A program made the translations under genes and the position numbers. Positions 18,316-26,904 of a stretch of DNA of 38,460 bases are shown piece by piece (the stretch's first letter is position 1; each line of letters starts with the position of its first letter). Origin of the DNA: a virus (Duplodnaviria; Caudoviricetes); IMG/VR virus record IMGVR_UViG_3300032203_000003, positions 1 to 38,460 of that record, one strand, 5' to 3'. The notes below the pieces were generated by a model. The model did not search any database. It saw nothing but the letters and a program-made list of their open reading frames with translations, and was not told the DNA's origin.

Positions 18316-20067
18316 TTAAAGTGAGCGCAAACCGTAAGTTTCGATATGCGTAGATAGGCTATCCGTCGTTTCACCGCCGTTAACAAGTAGTCGGCTCATC
18401 GCAATAAACATTGCAACGGGACCGTCGATCTTGTTTTCTGGGGTGGATTTATTGGGGAAGATATTTTCATTTTTATCCGGTTTGACCGTGATGTTTGACA
18501 TCATCCAGGTCATAACCGGGTTGCCGTCATGGTGCAGGCGACCGGCATACACCTTCGCCTCGGCTTCCTTCATGGCCTCAGAGAGATTCTTCACTGTCTG
18601 AGCCACCTCTACGACCGGAGCACCTTCGGCCGCAACCGACAACCCGAACTGAGTCGCGCTCCACGGGTCATATGCCAGTTCGTTCATCGAGTCACCACCA
18701 GCCCAGGCTAAGGTTTCCTCTTTGATTAACGCATGGTCAACAACGTCCCCGTCGGTGAACTCCAGATAACCCGCCTCATTCCACTTTTTATACAGCTCGG
18801 CCTGCTGCCTGGAACAGGCCTCCAGTCGGCCTTCTGGGATCCAAAAGCGTGATTTGGTATAGATGTCGCCGTTTGGCGCAAGCCAAACCTTAACCGCGGC
18901 TGAAATGTCGATTTTGTTGGCCAGGTCAACACCAAGCCACATTGGCCAACTCGCTGAATCCGAACTGTCCCATGCGTCACGGCATTTTTCCCAGCGCGCC
19001 ATATCCATCCACGCCTGTTCACCCTGCACCCAGATATTGAGGTGTTTGGTGAAGAAGTTAACGCGCGCGGACACCTGCTCCTTCGCCTTTTTAGCCAAGC
19101 GGCGCATATCATCCCAGCGCTTGCAGACACCCAGGCCGGGGTTTGCTTTTGGCCAGTTGGCTTCATCAAAGGGATCGTCGTCCTTGTCGAGGGTGTAAAT
19201 CAGGGCAAAATAGCTGTCATCCTTGATGGATAGGGGGTCTGGGTTATCAAAATTCTGCAATACTTTGATCGCATAATCCCGCTGCTCGTAGCAAATGCCC
19301 TCTTTATTAAAGCCCGCTGTCGTGATAGCGAATATCAACGACTGCAAGCGGGCGCCGGTAGCCGTTTCCAACACGTCCCAAACGTCACGGGTTTTATGAG
19401 CGTGCAGCTCATCAACGATCCCACAGTGAATGTTCAGGCCATCCAGGTTGTTCGCATCGCTGGCCACCGGCTCGAATTTAGAGCCAGAACGTTCCTGGTG
19501 GATGTTCAACTTGTTGCTGCCGAACAACCGCCCTAGCGTTTTTGCCGCCAGCTTGATCATCCGTTTAGCATCATCAAACACGATACGGGCCTGATCGCGC
19601 GTTGTCGCAGCGGAATACACTTCCGCACCGCCCTCACTGTCGGCGCCGGTCATATAGAGACCAATGCCAGAGGACAGGGTTGATTTGGCGTTTTTACGTG
19701 CCACCTCGTCATAGGCGGTGCGGTACCGGCGCACGTACACCGGATCACCGTCATCGTCCAGAACGGTCTCAGACGTCAATTCGTCTATCAGCGGAATAAC
19801 AAAACCGAAGAGGTTTATCAGAATAAAAATATGCCAATCCATCAGGTCGATCGGCTTGCCGGTCAAGTGTCCCTTCACATGCGGCACGAAATTATAAAAA
19901 TCGAGAATGTGCTGTGCGCGGCCTTCATCGAAGTAAACACCGCGCTCAGGGCCGTGCTCTATATCATGAAGAAACCGCCGGCACGCCAGGCGCACCAGTT
20001 CGCCAGCAACTATTTCGCCAGATACCACGCGCTCGGCGTAGCGGAATCCATCTGCAACGGTTGCCAT
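18316..20067 (-). CDS. terL: Terminase large subunit
   Basis: Walker [10 protein letters not shown], Walker B IVDELH, ITTAG, GVDLA, KIDG. Confidence 0.96.
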   Translation of the reverse strand: MATVADGFRYAERVVSGEIVAGELVRLACRRFLHDIEHGPERGVYFDEGRAQHILDFYNFVPHVKGHLTGKPIDLMDWHIFILINLFGFVIPLIDELTSETVLDDDGDPVYVRRYRTAYDEVARKNAKSTLSSGIGLYMTGADSEGGAEVYSAATTRDQARIVFDDAKRMIKLAAKTLGRLFGSNKLNIHQERSGSKFEPVASDANNLDGLNIHCGIVDELHAHKTRDVWDVLETATGARLQSLIFAITTAGFNKEGICYEQRDYAIKVLQNFDNPDPLSIKDDSYFALIYTLDKDDDPFDEANWPKANPGLGVCKRWDDMRRLAKKAKEQVSARVNFFTKHLNIWVQGEQAWMDMARWEKCRDAWDSSDSASWPMWLGVDLANKIDISAAVKVWLAPNGDIYTKSRFWIPEGRLEACSRQQAELYKKWNEAGYLEFTDGDVVDHALIKEETLAWAGGDSMNELAYDPWSATQFGLSVAAEGAPVVEVAQTVKNLSEAMKEAEAKVYAGRLHHDGNPVMTWMMSNITVKPDKNENIFPNKSTPENKIDGPVAMFIAMSRLLVNGGETTDSLSTHIETYGLRSL

Positions 20068-20070
20068 TCA

Positions 20071-20568
20071 TCATTTGCGCTTTTTAAGGAATTCTTCCAG
20101 TGGATCAACCTCAGCCGGGCCTTTGGCACCGACCTTGGCTCGGCTTGAAGGGGTCATGCCAAACTCTGACAGCATGGCGCGAATTCTCTTCCAGGCGTCA
20201 GCCTTCATCACGGCAGCGGGGTGCGGCTTAATCATTCTGATTTCCCGCTCTTTCCCTTCGTCAGGATCATCCTCGCTGTAAACCGCGTAGGTGTAGCCCT
20301 CTCGATCGAGCGTGTCGCAGTGGTGCCGGTACTCAACATAGGCCTCGATCAACAATTCGAGGGCCTTGGCATCCAGCGTGGTCATCACGCCGACGGCATC
20401 AAGTTCCTCGCCGATCCGTTTAAACCAATACTTGCCCTGCTTATCAAAATGCTTCGGCGTTGGGGGTACCCCAGACGGCGGTTTTGGTTCGTTTTTGTTG
20501 ATCGCCCGTTTGGATGGGTTCCCCTTCACTAAAGTCAGGTGTGTCGGGGTTTTCGGTGGTCCAGGCAT
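20071..20568 (-). CDS. terS: Terminase small subunit, P27 family
   Basis: MPGPPKTPTHL..VKGNPSKR...HPA...EFGMTPSSR. Confidence 0.94.
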   Translation of the reverse strand: MPGPPKTPTHLTLVKGNPSKRAINKNEPKPPSGVPPTPKHFDKQGKYWFKRIGEELDAVGVMTTLDAKALELLIEAYVEYRHHCDTLDREGYTYAVYSEDDPDEGKEREIRMIKPHPAAVMKADAWKRIRAMLSEFGMTPSSRAKVGAKGPAEVDPLEEFLKKRK

Positions 20569-20645
20569 AATCGAAAACTCCTATTAATGACCGCATGGGG
20601 GCACCCAAAAAAAGGTTTGCTAACCTGCGGCGGTGTGAAAAGAGG

Positions 20646-20655
20646 TAAGGCGGCG
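20646..20655 (-). other. Probable cos site (3' cohesive end, HK97-type)
   Basis: CGCCGCCTTA about 80 bp upstream of terS resembles the HK97 cos CGCCGCCAAA as recalled; HNH gene nearby. Confidence 0.65.
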
Positions 20656-20792
20656 GTACTTTAGGCCGAGAGGGGTAGAGATTTGATCCCCCCCTCCCCT
20701 TGCTGATGAGAACCGATATCGTTTGATGTTTAATGATTCAACTTGCAATTAAATCACAATGCAAGTGATAGCCATTATCATTTGATGGTCAT

Positions 20793-20978
20793 TCATCCAG
20801 CCTGCTGTTGCAACTCTGCACCGACCAGCCCAATAGCAACCATCGCCTCACCGCCTGGGTAGTCGCTGAGTAGTTTCCGAATGGCATCAATGCATTGCGT
20901 CACACTCTGCTGTTGTTCTTCAGGCATAGAGGCTATCAGGCCCTTGAACAGCAATACCGTTTCATCGTCTCGTGTCAT
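20793..20978 (-). CDS. Hypothetical 61-aa protein
   Basis: ATG overlaps the HNH stop (ATGA); GGAG upstream. Confidence 0.7.
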   Translation of the reverse strand: MTRDDETVLLFKGLIASMPEEQQQSVTQCIDAIRKLLSDYPGGEAMVAIGLVGAELQQQAG

Positions 20979-21325
20979 CTCATTCTCTCCGTTGCCGTCT
21001 TGCGGCGGTGACAGGGCCAGCACAGGCCTTCAAGGTTCGAATCATCATCGGTACCCCCATGTGCTTTTGCCTTGATGTGGTCAACTGTGGTGGCCGCTAC
21101 AGCGCGACCGTTGCGCAAGCATTCCTGACACAGGTGATTATCACGCGTCAGAATGCGTGCCCGCCTGATTGTCCAGTCGTTACCATAGCCTCGCTCATGC
21201 CGGCTCTTACCCTGCTGGTGATTCTCCCAGCCTGTATTCTGGTGGTCCGTACAGTAGCCTGAGCGATCAGTTGTGGTCTTACGGCATCCATGTTTACGGC
21301 ATGCACGCGGTATTCGTGCTGGCAT
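20975..21325 (-). CDS. HNH endonuclease (HK97 gp74-like terminase cofactor)
   Basis: CQEC...VDHIK...GGTDDDSNL..LC..CH..KT; adjacent to cos/terS. Confidence 0.93.
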   Translation of the reverse strand: MPARIPRACRKHGCRKTTTDRSGYCTDHQNTGWENHQQGKSRHERGYGNDWTIRRARILTRDNHLCQECLRNGRAVAATTVDHIKAKAHGGTDDDSNLEGLCWPCHRRKTATERMR

Positions 21326-21328
21326 GGG

Positions 21329-21976
21329 TTACCTTCTGATCATGGCACTGTGAAGTTTGCCGCCAGCCTGCATCTCTCGCTCAATGATCGCCTGGACTTC
21401 ACGCTTCAGGTAATCCTGGCGTTCCTTATCCAGTTCGGAACTAAGAATACAGTTTGAAATAACTGCATCTTTGACCAACGCATCGCCAATGAATACTTGA
21501 CCAGCATTGACTGTGAAGGCCGTGCGATAAGGCTGCGCTGTAGTGCTATCAATCGGCCCCATCCTCACCCTCAAATTTCCGCCAGCGTCATAAACGTTAA
21601 TCTGATCGCCGCGTATCTCCATGCGCTCCCCTTGTTGCTGGGACTTCCGGATGCGCTCATATAGTTCAGCAATGCGCGTAAGCTGGCTCTCCAGAGCTGT
21701 GAGGCTATTCGTATCAACGTTGATACCAATGGTTATTGAGGCATCATGCTTGATAGTCTCCGACTCAGCGGTAGAGCAAGAAGAACCACCAAACGGAAAG
21801 GCGTGATCGCCCCAGAAATGCCGCTCAGCTTTCGCCTGCTGCAAAGCATTTTCCAGAGCGGCAATGATTTCATCCTGCTTGCCGTTCTTTGCATAATCGG
21901 TGCAGGCCATACCTGCACCATTCGTAACGTCACGCCACCAAATTTCAGTGCAGTTTTCTTGAATAATAATTTTCAT
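21329..21976 (-). CDS. Hypothetical 215-aa protein containing J C-terminal (DUF1983-like) and TMP-like segments
   Basis: ATG 21976 after GGAG; manual alignment to this phage's J and H (see findings). Confidence 0.75.
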   Translation of the reverse strand: MKIIIQENCTEIWWRDVTNGAGMACTDYAKNGKQDEIIAALENALQQAKAERHFWGDHAFPFGGSSCSTAESETIKHDASITIGINVDTNSLTALESQLTRIAELYERIRKSQQQGERMEIRGDQINVYDAGGNLRVRMGPIDSTTAQPYRTAFTVNAGQVFIGDALVKDAVISNCILSSELDKERQDYLKREVQAIIEREMQAGGKLHSAMIRR

Positions 21977-21978
21977 AC

Positions 21979-22227
21979 CTATCTCCCGACGGATGCCCGC
22001 CATTGGTTCAGCGTGGCCACTTGGCCGGCGCAGATTGATAATGCTGTTTGAAGTTGCAGCGTATAGCTGCCGATATCACCCCAGGTGTCACCCTGCAGCG
22101 TTGGCCGCTCACATCGCTTGAATACTGACTCAGGGGGTAACAGGATGATCGGCGCTGGTGGTTGTGGCGCTGTGCTGGCGCATGAGGTCAAGCACAGCAC
22201 CAGGAGCAGTGCGACGGGCGCACTCAT
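21979..22227 (-). CDS. o-spanin lipoprotein (Rz1-like)
   Basis: Lipobox LTSC, Pro-rich, two further Cys; overlaps the i-spanin 3' end. Confidence 0.88.
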   Translation of the reverse strand: MSAPVALLLVLCLTSCASTAPQPPAPIILLPPESVFKRCERPTLQGDTWGDIGSYTLQLQTALSICAGQVATLNQWRASVGR

Positions 22228-22516
22228 CGTTTTTGGTCGCATCCCGGTATTTCCTTTGATAGATGTCGGCCTGTTGGCGCAACTGCTGTTCTTGCTGCTG
22301 CTGGGCTGACATCAGTGCACGGTTCTGAGCATCCTGCGTTTGCAGCGTGGCGATCAATCCGGCCTGCTGCGCCAGCGTCTTCTGCTGTTCTGCAACCTGC
22401 TGGCGCGCCAACTCCAACCGATGCGACAATAGTGAGCTGTAACCACCCAGGCAGATGGACGCCACCAGCAGGAGCAGCATTCCCCCGCTGGCCAGTTTTG
22501 AGAGCCAGCCGCTCAT
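22130..22516 (-). CDS. i-spanin (Rz-like)
   Basis: N-terminal TM helix, Gln-rich coiled coil, C-terminal Cys; follows the endolysin. Confidence 0.85.
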   Translation of the reverse strand: MSGWLSKLASGGMLLLLVASICLGGYSSLLSHRLELARQQVAEQQKTLAQQAGLIATLQTQDAQNRALMSAQQQQEQQLRQQADIYQRKYRDATKNDECARRTAPGAVLDLMRQHSATTTSADHPVTP

Positions 22517-23043
22517 TTATCCAGCCCCCAGCAAGCGAGCTCTGCCTCTTGGTCTCGCCTTATAATTTGCCCATAACAGCCGTTCGAACGAATGCGGCAA
22601 TCCCGACCACCGTCAAAAATCCAGCGGCGGATCTCTCGGCATGCACCAGGGCGATCACCAGCATTCAGTTTTTTGTAGAACGTCGAAGTGAAGCATTTGC
22701 TGGGGCCGATGTTCCACGGGCAGAACGAGGCAATGCCGACTTTCTGAGGCTCAGTCAGCGTCACCTTGATGTTGCGGTCTACCCAATCGAGAGCTTTCTT
22801 CTGCTCGGCTGCGTCAATCTGCTTGCACTGATCGGCGGTCAGTCTCTGGCCCTTAACGACCTTCTGGCCGTTGACCATTGTCACCCCGCCGCAAACTGTC
22901 CAGATCCCGCCCGCATCCTGATACGCAGTTAACCGCTGCCCTTCCTTCTCGTCCTGAAACTGCGCCATCATCACCGGGGCCGATGCGCCGGCAGCAATCA
23001 ACGCCAGCATCGCGGCACTGAGTTTCGTTTTTAATGTCGCCAC
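22513..23043 (-). CDS. SAR endolysin (T4-type lysozyme, phage 21 R-like)
   Basis: Ala/Gly-rich weakly hydrophobic N-terminus; catalytic E-x8-D-x5-T in EGQRLTAYQDAGGIWT. Confidence 0.93.
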   Translation of the reverse strand: MATLKTKLSAAMLALIAAGASAPVMMAQFQDEKEGQRLTAYQDAGGIWTVCGGVTMVNGQKVVKGQRLTADQCKQIDAAEQKKALDWVDRNIKVTLTEPQKVGIASFCPWNIGPSKCFTSTFYKKLNAGDRPGACREIRRWIFDGGRDCRIRSNGCYGQIIRRDQEAELACWGLDK

Positions 23044-23306
23044 TACTCACCCCCTATCAGGTCAACATCCTGAGCGCTGATGTTCTTGGCGGAGCGGTCA
23101 ATAAGGTACATTTTGAGCAGCCTTTCTCGGCGGCATCTGAACCAGATACCGACAACACACCCGATGACGGAACAGAGGATCCCGACGAAAATCCCGATCA
23201 CCATCCACTCGCTGGGCGAAAAATAATTAATCGCCCCGAGCAGTAGGCCAGTGAGCCAACCGCCATGCGTGGCGCTATCTGCGATTTTTTCCGGCATGGA
23301 TCTCAT
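23043..23306 (-). CDS. Pinholin-type holin with dual start (antiholin ATG 23306, holin ATG 23297)
   Basis: M-R-S-M start as in phage 21 S (MKSM); two TM segments; basic C-terminal region; precedes the SAR endolysin. Confidence 0.85.
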   Translation of the reverse strand: MRSMPEKIADSATHGGWLTGLLLGAINYFSPSEWMVIGIFVGILCSVIGCVVGIWFRCRRERLLKMYLIDRSAKNISAQDVDLIGGE

Positions 23307-23353
23307 CCTTCCCCCTCGCCGGGGCATGCCCTGATCATCGGGTAATAAAAACG

Positions 23354-23376
23354 AAAAACCCGACGGCTGCCGGGTT
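23354..23376 (-). terminator. Terminator directly after mom
   Basis: Minus strand AACCCGGC-AGCC-GTCGGGTT-TTT overlapping the mom stop. Confidence 0.8.
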
Positions 23377-24097
23377 ATGGTGAACTTTCTGGTTTGGGAT
23401 ACGGCTTCGGGCTGAACAGTTTTGTATTAAGCCGCCGGCGCGCTCGCTTGTTCAAAAAGCGGATATAGCGGAATTGGTTAAATGTGTGAGCTGTCGCTCG
23501 ATGTGCATTTTCCTGCAAATAGCTGCCGCGAGTGCCAGCCTTACGCCCTTTCGTCGTCATTGCGATCTTGTGGTACCACTCACCATCGAGCTCGTAGAAC
23601 GTGGTTTGATGACTGCCGACGTAATCAAAATTGCTCGCCTGATACACGACGCCGAACCGCCCGCACCGTTCATCAGCGAACGTCTGCACCCACTCCACCG
23701 CAGGGTAGAGCAACTTGATGATTTTCAGCGCATAGCTGATGGCGCGGGATTCAGTATTGCGCGGCATCCGGTCATGAACCCAGAGCCTATTCAGCTCCAT
23801 GTATTCACGGTTGCCGGTGCCAGCAACGACGCGAGCGCCGCTGCTCGGATTCATCGCATAACCCCATTGCATAACACCCACTAGCTCGCGGCCATCATAG
23901 ATACCAAGGTGCAGATAGGAATTATTCACAACCCGCTTGCTGTAATGGAAGTGGCCGATCACTAAACGGGCCAGCCAGACAGGGATCGTCGCTACGTGTA
24001 AATCTTCACATCCGAAACCAACGGTTTCACCAGCATAGATAACTGGCGCGGGCTTCCCGCTGGCGCGTGACACATTCGTTTTATCGTGTTTTTTCAA
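23375..24097 (-). CDS. mom: Mom-family DNA adenine hypermodification enzyme (Mu Mom homolog); probable TTG start at 24097, 240 aa
   Basis: [82 protein letters not shown] and [11 protein letters not shown] closely match Mu Mom as recalled; GGAG 10 nt before TTG gives a Mu-like length. Confidence 0.93.
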   Translation of the reverse strand: MKKHDKTNVSRASGKPAPVIYAGETVGFGCEDLHVATIPVWLARLVIGHFHYSKRVVNNSYLHLGIYDGRELVGVMQWGYAMNPSSGARVVAGTGNREYMELNRLWVHDRMPRNTESRAISYALKIIKLLYPAVEWVQTFADERCGRFGVVYQASNFDYVGSHQTTFYELDGEWYHKIAMTTKGRKAGTRGSYLQENAHRATAHTFNQFRYIRFLNKRARRRLNTKLFSPKPYPKPESSP

Positions 24098-24203
24098 TGT
24101 CGCAGTACTCCAATAACACTTGGTGTACTCGTGACCGCTAACAGGGTGCATCAGGCCCGGTATGTTCATCGCGTACCGGGCCACCCTCATCGAGCTAAGA
24201 ATT

Positions 24204-24277
24204 TGGAGCGTCTGGCCAGATTCGAACTGGCGTCACCTGCTTGGAAGGCAGGCGTTATACCCCTTAACTACAGACGC
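24204..24277 (-). tRNA. tRNA-Gly (anticodon TCC)
   Basis: GCGTCTG/CAGACGC acceptor stem, U73 + CCA, D stem GTTA/TAAC, anticodon arm CCTGC-CTTCCAA-GCAGG, T arm GCCAG-TTCGAAT-CTGGC. Confidence 0.95.
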
Positions 24278-24448
24278 AAAATGATTATGGTGGCCGGGAA
24301 TTCGCCGACATCGCTTCCCCTATTGGTTTTCACTTGTATCCCGGCACATCGGTGCCTGCTGTCACCACAATGAACAAACCCACCGTTTCACAACACGAGA
24401 TTTTTCCCGTCGGCGGGCTTGTCATTGTGTTCTGGAAGCCAGAAACGC

Positions 24449-24470
24449 AAAAACCCGCTGGGTGCGGGTT
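24449..24470 (-). terminator. tR'-like late terminator
   Basis: Minus strand AACCCGC-ACCCA-GCGGGTT-TTT about 40 nt after pR'. Confidence 0.85.
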
Positions 24471-24517
24471 CAGGTAATTATTCGTAGTATTCAGGCGAGA
24501 TATGCCACTATTTAAAG

Positions 24518-24546
24518 AATCTACGCCAAGTTTATGCAAAATGCAA
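24518..24546 (-). promoter_or_regulatory. Late promoter pR'
   Basis: -35 TTGCAT (24546-24541), 17 nt, -10 TAGATT (24523-24518), just downstream of Q. Confidence 0.8.
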
Positions 24547-24587
24547 TACTTTGGTTAAAAAATGTCGGCATCCGTGCCGAACGTTCA

Positions 24588-25370
24588 TCACTTGGTTATT
24601 TTTTGGAACTCAGTAGCGGCCACGCCTTCCTCAATATCGCATTTCGCCACCAGCGACTCATAGAAGGGCTTCCAGTTACGTGACCATGATGATTGTGTCA
24701 GTTCAGGCAGTAGCGCTGTAATTGCCCTGTGGGCTACGGATGAAGGCATGCGGCTAAAACCTTTGCTGCCGCACCGCTCGCAATCCTTAATGACGGGTGT
24801 ACCTGCTGCCTTGGTTGCCTCACGGTCGAGCGCCTTGCCGGTTCCCTTGCAGTTCCGGCAACGCTTGTGGATCTTCCCTTTGCCGTTGCAGGTCTGGCAC
24901 ATCTCGCGCACCAGCTGGCGTTTCGTCGTTGGCGCGATTTTCTCTTCGCCGTCCATACCGATGTATCCAGGGTAAGTCACAACATCACGCTCGATATCCA
25001 CCAGCCCTTTTCCGTGACAACCGTGACAGGTCACACTGGCACCTGCTGATTGTGAATAATCCTCATAGGCCAACGATGCCAAAATCTGCATACAGCGGGC
25101 CATGCGGCGACCGGCGACTTTACCGACGTGCTTCGGTGCCTTCTTCATCGCGTATAAAGTAAGCTCTGCGATAGCTCTCTCCCGGTCTTCGCTGCTGATG
25201 CCGGTTTTACCCAGAAATGCCGCCATGCCGAAACGAGCCTTTGCCTCGACCATTCCGAGAGCAGCCATAACGTCAGTACCGGTAACACGATCCGCTGAGG
25301 TGCCGTTCGGGGCATCAGTAATGGTCAGCCCCTGTGCGCTGAAGTGCTTCAATGCTGACTCAAGTTTCAT
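24588..25370 (-). CDS. Q: Late antitermination protein Q (zinc-finger type)
   Basis: MKLESALKHF, TGTDVMAALG, four CxxCxGxG motifs, SWSRNWKPFYE; position before pR'. Confidence 0.92.
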   Translation of the reverse strand: MKLESALKHFSAQGLTITDAPNGTSADRVTGTDVMAALGMVEAKARFGMAAFLGKTGISSEDRERAIAELTLYAMKKAPKHVGKVAGRRMARCMQILASLAYEDYSQSAGASVTCHGCHGKGLVDIERDVVTYPGYIGMDGEEKIAPTTKRQLVREMCQTCNGKGKIHKRCRNCKGTGKALDREATKAAGTPVIKDCERCGSKGFSRMPSSVAHRAITALLPELTQSSWSRNWKPFYESLVAKCDIEEGVAATEFQKITK

Positions 25371-25552
25371 TGTGATGCCCTCTTTGATTCGTGCCACGCC
25401 TTAGCCGTGTACGCTTTTGCTGCAAGTTCGCTATATGGCATGTGAAGTTCAACAAGCCTTTCCATCCAGATCACCACCGGCCCCGTATATCCGCCACGCG
25501 CAACGCGGATGTACTGGGTGATCGTATGTTCGTCTTCGCGGGTTAGTTTCAC
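25367..25552 (-). CDS. Hypothetical 61-aa protein
   Basis: Overlaps both the dnaB stop and the Q start. Confidence 0.6.
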   Translation of the reverse strand: MKLTREDEHTITQYIRVARGGYTGPVVIWMERLVELHMPYSELAAKAYTAKAWHESKRASQ

Positions 25553-26904
25553 TATGCTTTCCCCCTGCCGTAGCGCCGCTCTTTCTGTTCTGGCTGCTGT
25601 TTGCTGAGCCGCTCTGCCTCGACCTGGTCAATCGGCAAAAAGTGGCCATATCGGAACTGGCGGTAAACCGTACCCAGCGGCCCGTGACGGTTTTTGGTGA
25701 CATTGACCTCGGCAATCCCTTTGGCTGGGCTGTTCTCGTTATAAAGTTCGTCACGGTAAAGCATCATGATCAGGTCGGCGTCCGCCTCAATGCTGCCTGA
25801 GTCTTTCAGGTCAGCGTTGACCGGGCGCTTGTTGGGGCGCTGCTCAACACCTCGGGAAAGCTGGCTCAGCGCCACCACGGGGGTTTTGTTACGCATAGCC
25901 AGCCGCTTGAGGCTTCGGGATACCTCACCAACAGCGAGATCATGCCGCTGCCGTTCGTTGACCTTGATTAATCCGAGATAATCAACAAACACGGCTGCCA
26001 GCTCTGGATGCTCTGACTTCATGCGCTCCGCGTCCTGACAAATTTGCTCTACCGTCAAATTGTTGGCGTCGATAATCCAGATGGGGCGATCTGTCATGCG
26101 TCCAAGACCGTCTGAAATTCGCGCCCAGTCCTCGTCATCCAGCTCCTGCGGGTTCTTAAGTTTGCTCGTTGAGAACCCACCAGCACCGGCTATTTGCCGC
26201 TCAGCAATCTGAATGGCAGACATTTCCATGCTGAACATCAGCACCCCACCACCCTGATCGGTAATTTTCTCGATGAGGTTTAAGGCGAATTCGGTTTTCC
26301 CCACTGAGGGACGAGCGGCCAACAAGACCAGATTGGTCGGCTCGAAACCGTTGGTAATTTTGTCCAACTCTTCGATACCCGTCAGGATATTGCGCGCTTC
26401 GTCGGTACCGGTCATGCGTGCGTCCATGCGATCGGTGACACCGGCCAAGAGGTCGTTGATATGCACTGCAACCCGGCCGCTGTCGCCGATATTCAGCTGT
26501 TGAATGCTCCCCTGTAGTTGCTGGATCGCGCCAATGGCGTCATCGCCAGAGCGTGCGGTTTTTATCCCTTCTAGCGTGTCAGCTATGAGGTGTTCAGCCT
26601 GACGAACAAAGTGATTGCGGCCCACCATTTCCGCATAAGTTTTCAGCCCTGCACGCGCCCACGCCTGACTTGATGCCGCGACTGCAATAGCTTCGTACCC
26701 GGCCCCCAGCTTGTCAGCCACGACGAACGGCGTAACTGTACCGCCGGACACGGCCAGCTGTTTGATGACCTGATACATCTCACGGTACTGACGGGTGGCA
26801 AATGCTTCCGGGGCCAGCGTCGCCAACACATCGAACGTGAGTGGCCCAGCTTCGTTCAGCAGCAGGCCCCCAATAACTGCGCTTTCGGCTTCTTCGTGGG
26901 TCAT
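25552..26904 (-). CDS. dnaB: Replicative helicase, DnaB family
   Basis: EAESAVIGGLL, AARPSVGKT, FSMEMS, VDYLGL, LSQLSR, DLKDSGSIEADAD, KNRHG. Confidence 0.95.
   Translation of the reverse strand: MTHEEAESAVIGGLLLNEAGPLTFDVLATLAPEAFATRQYREMYQVIKQLAVSGGTVTPFVVADKLGAGYEAIAVAASSQAWARAGLKTYAEMVGRNHFVRQAEHLIADTLEGIKTARSGDDAIGAIQQLQGSIQQLNIGDSGRVAVHINDLLAGVTDRMDARMTGTDEARNILTGIEELDKITNGFEPTNLVLLAARPSVGKTEFALNLIEKITDQGGGVLMFSMEMSAIQIAERQIAGAGGFSTSKLKNPQELDDEDWARISDGLGRMTDRPIWIIDANNLTVEQICQDAERMKSEHPELAAVFVDYLGLIKVNERQRHDLAVGEVSRSLKRLAMRNKTPVVALSQLSRGVEQRPNKRPVNADLKDSGSIEADADLIMMLYRDELYNENSPAKGIAEVNVTKNRHGPLGTVYRQFRYGHFLPIDQVEAERLSKQQPEQKERRYGRGKA

Noticed and set aside
20975-21325. HNH gene as a mobile homing endonuclease
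   Set aside because: Size, motifs and position beside cos/terS fit the HK97 gp74 packaging cofactor
24098-24190. 31-aa N-terminal extension of Mom or a com gene
   Set aside because: No convincing SD at 24190, the extension exceeds Mu Mom length, and there is no four-Cys zinc finger as in Com
24204-24277. tRNA-Gly as the integration site or a host chromosomal remnant
   Set aside because: It is internal to the late operon, far from int, not duplicated, and differs from host tRNA-Gly stems as recalled
24288-24347. Second tRNA gene (stem ending in ACCA)
   Set aside because: Only ~60 nt, with no TTCRA T-loop or anticodon arm; kept only as a structured element
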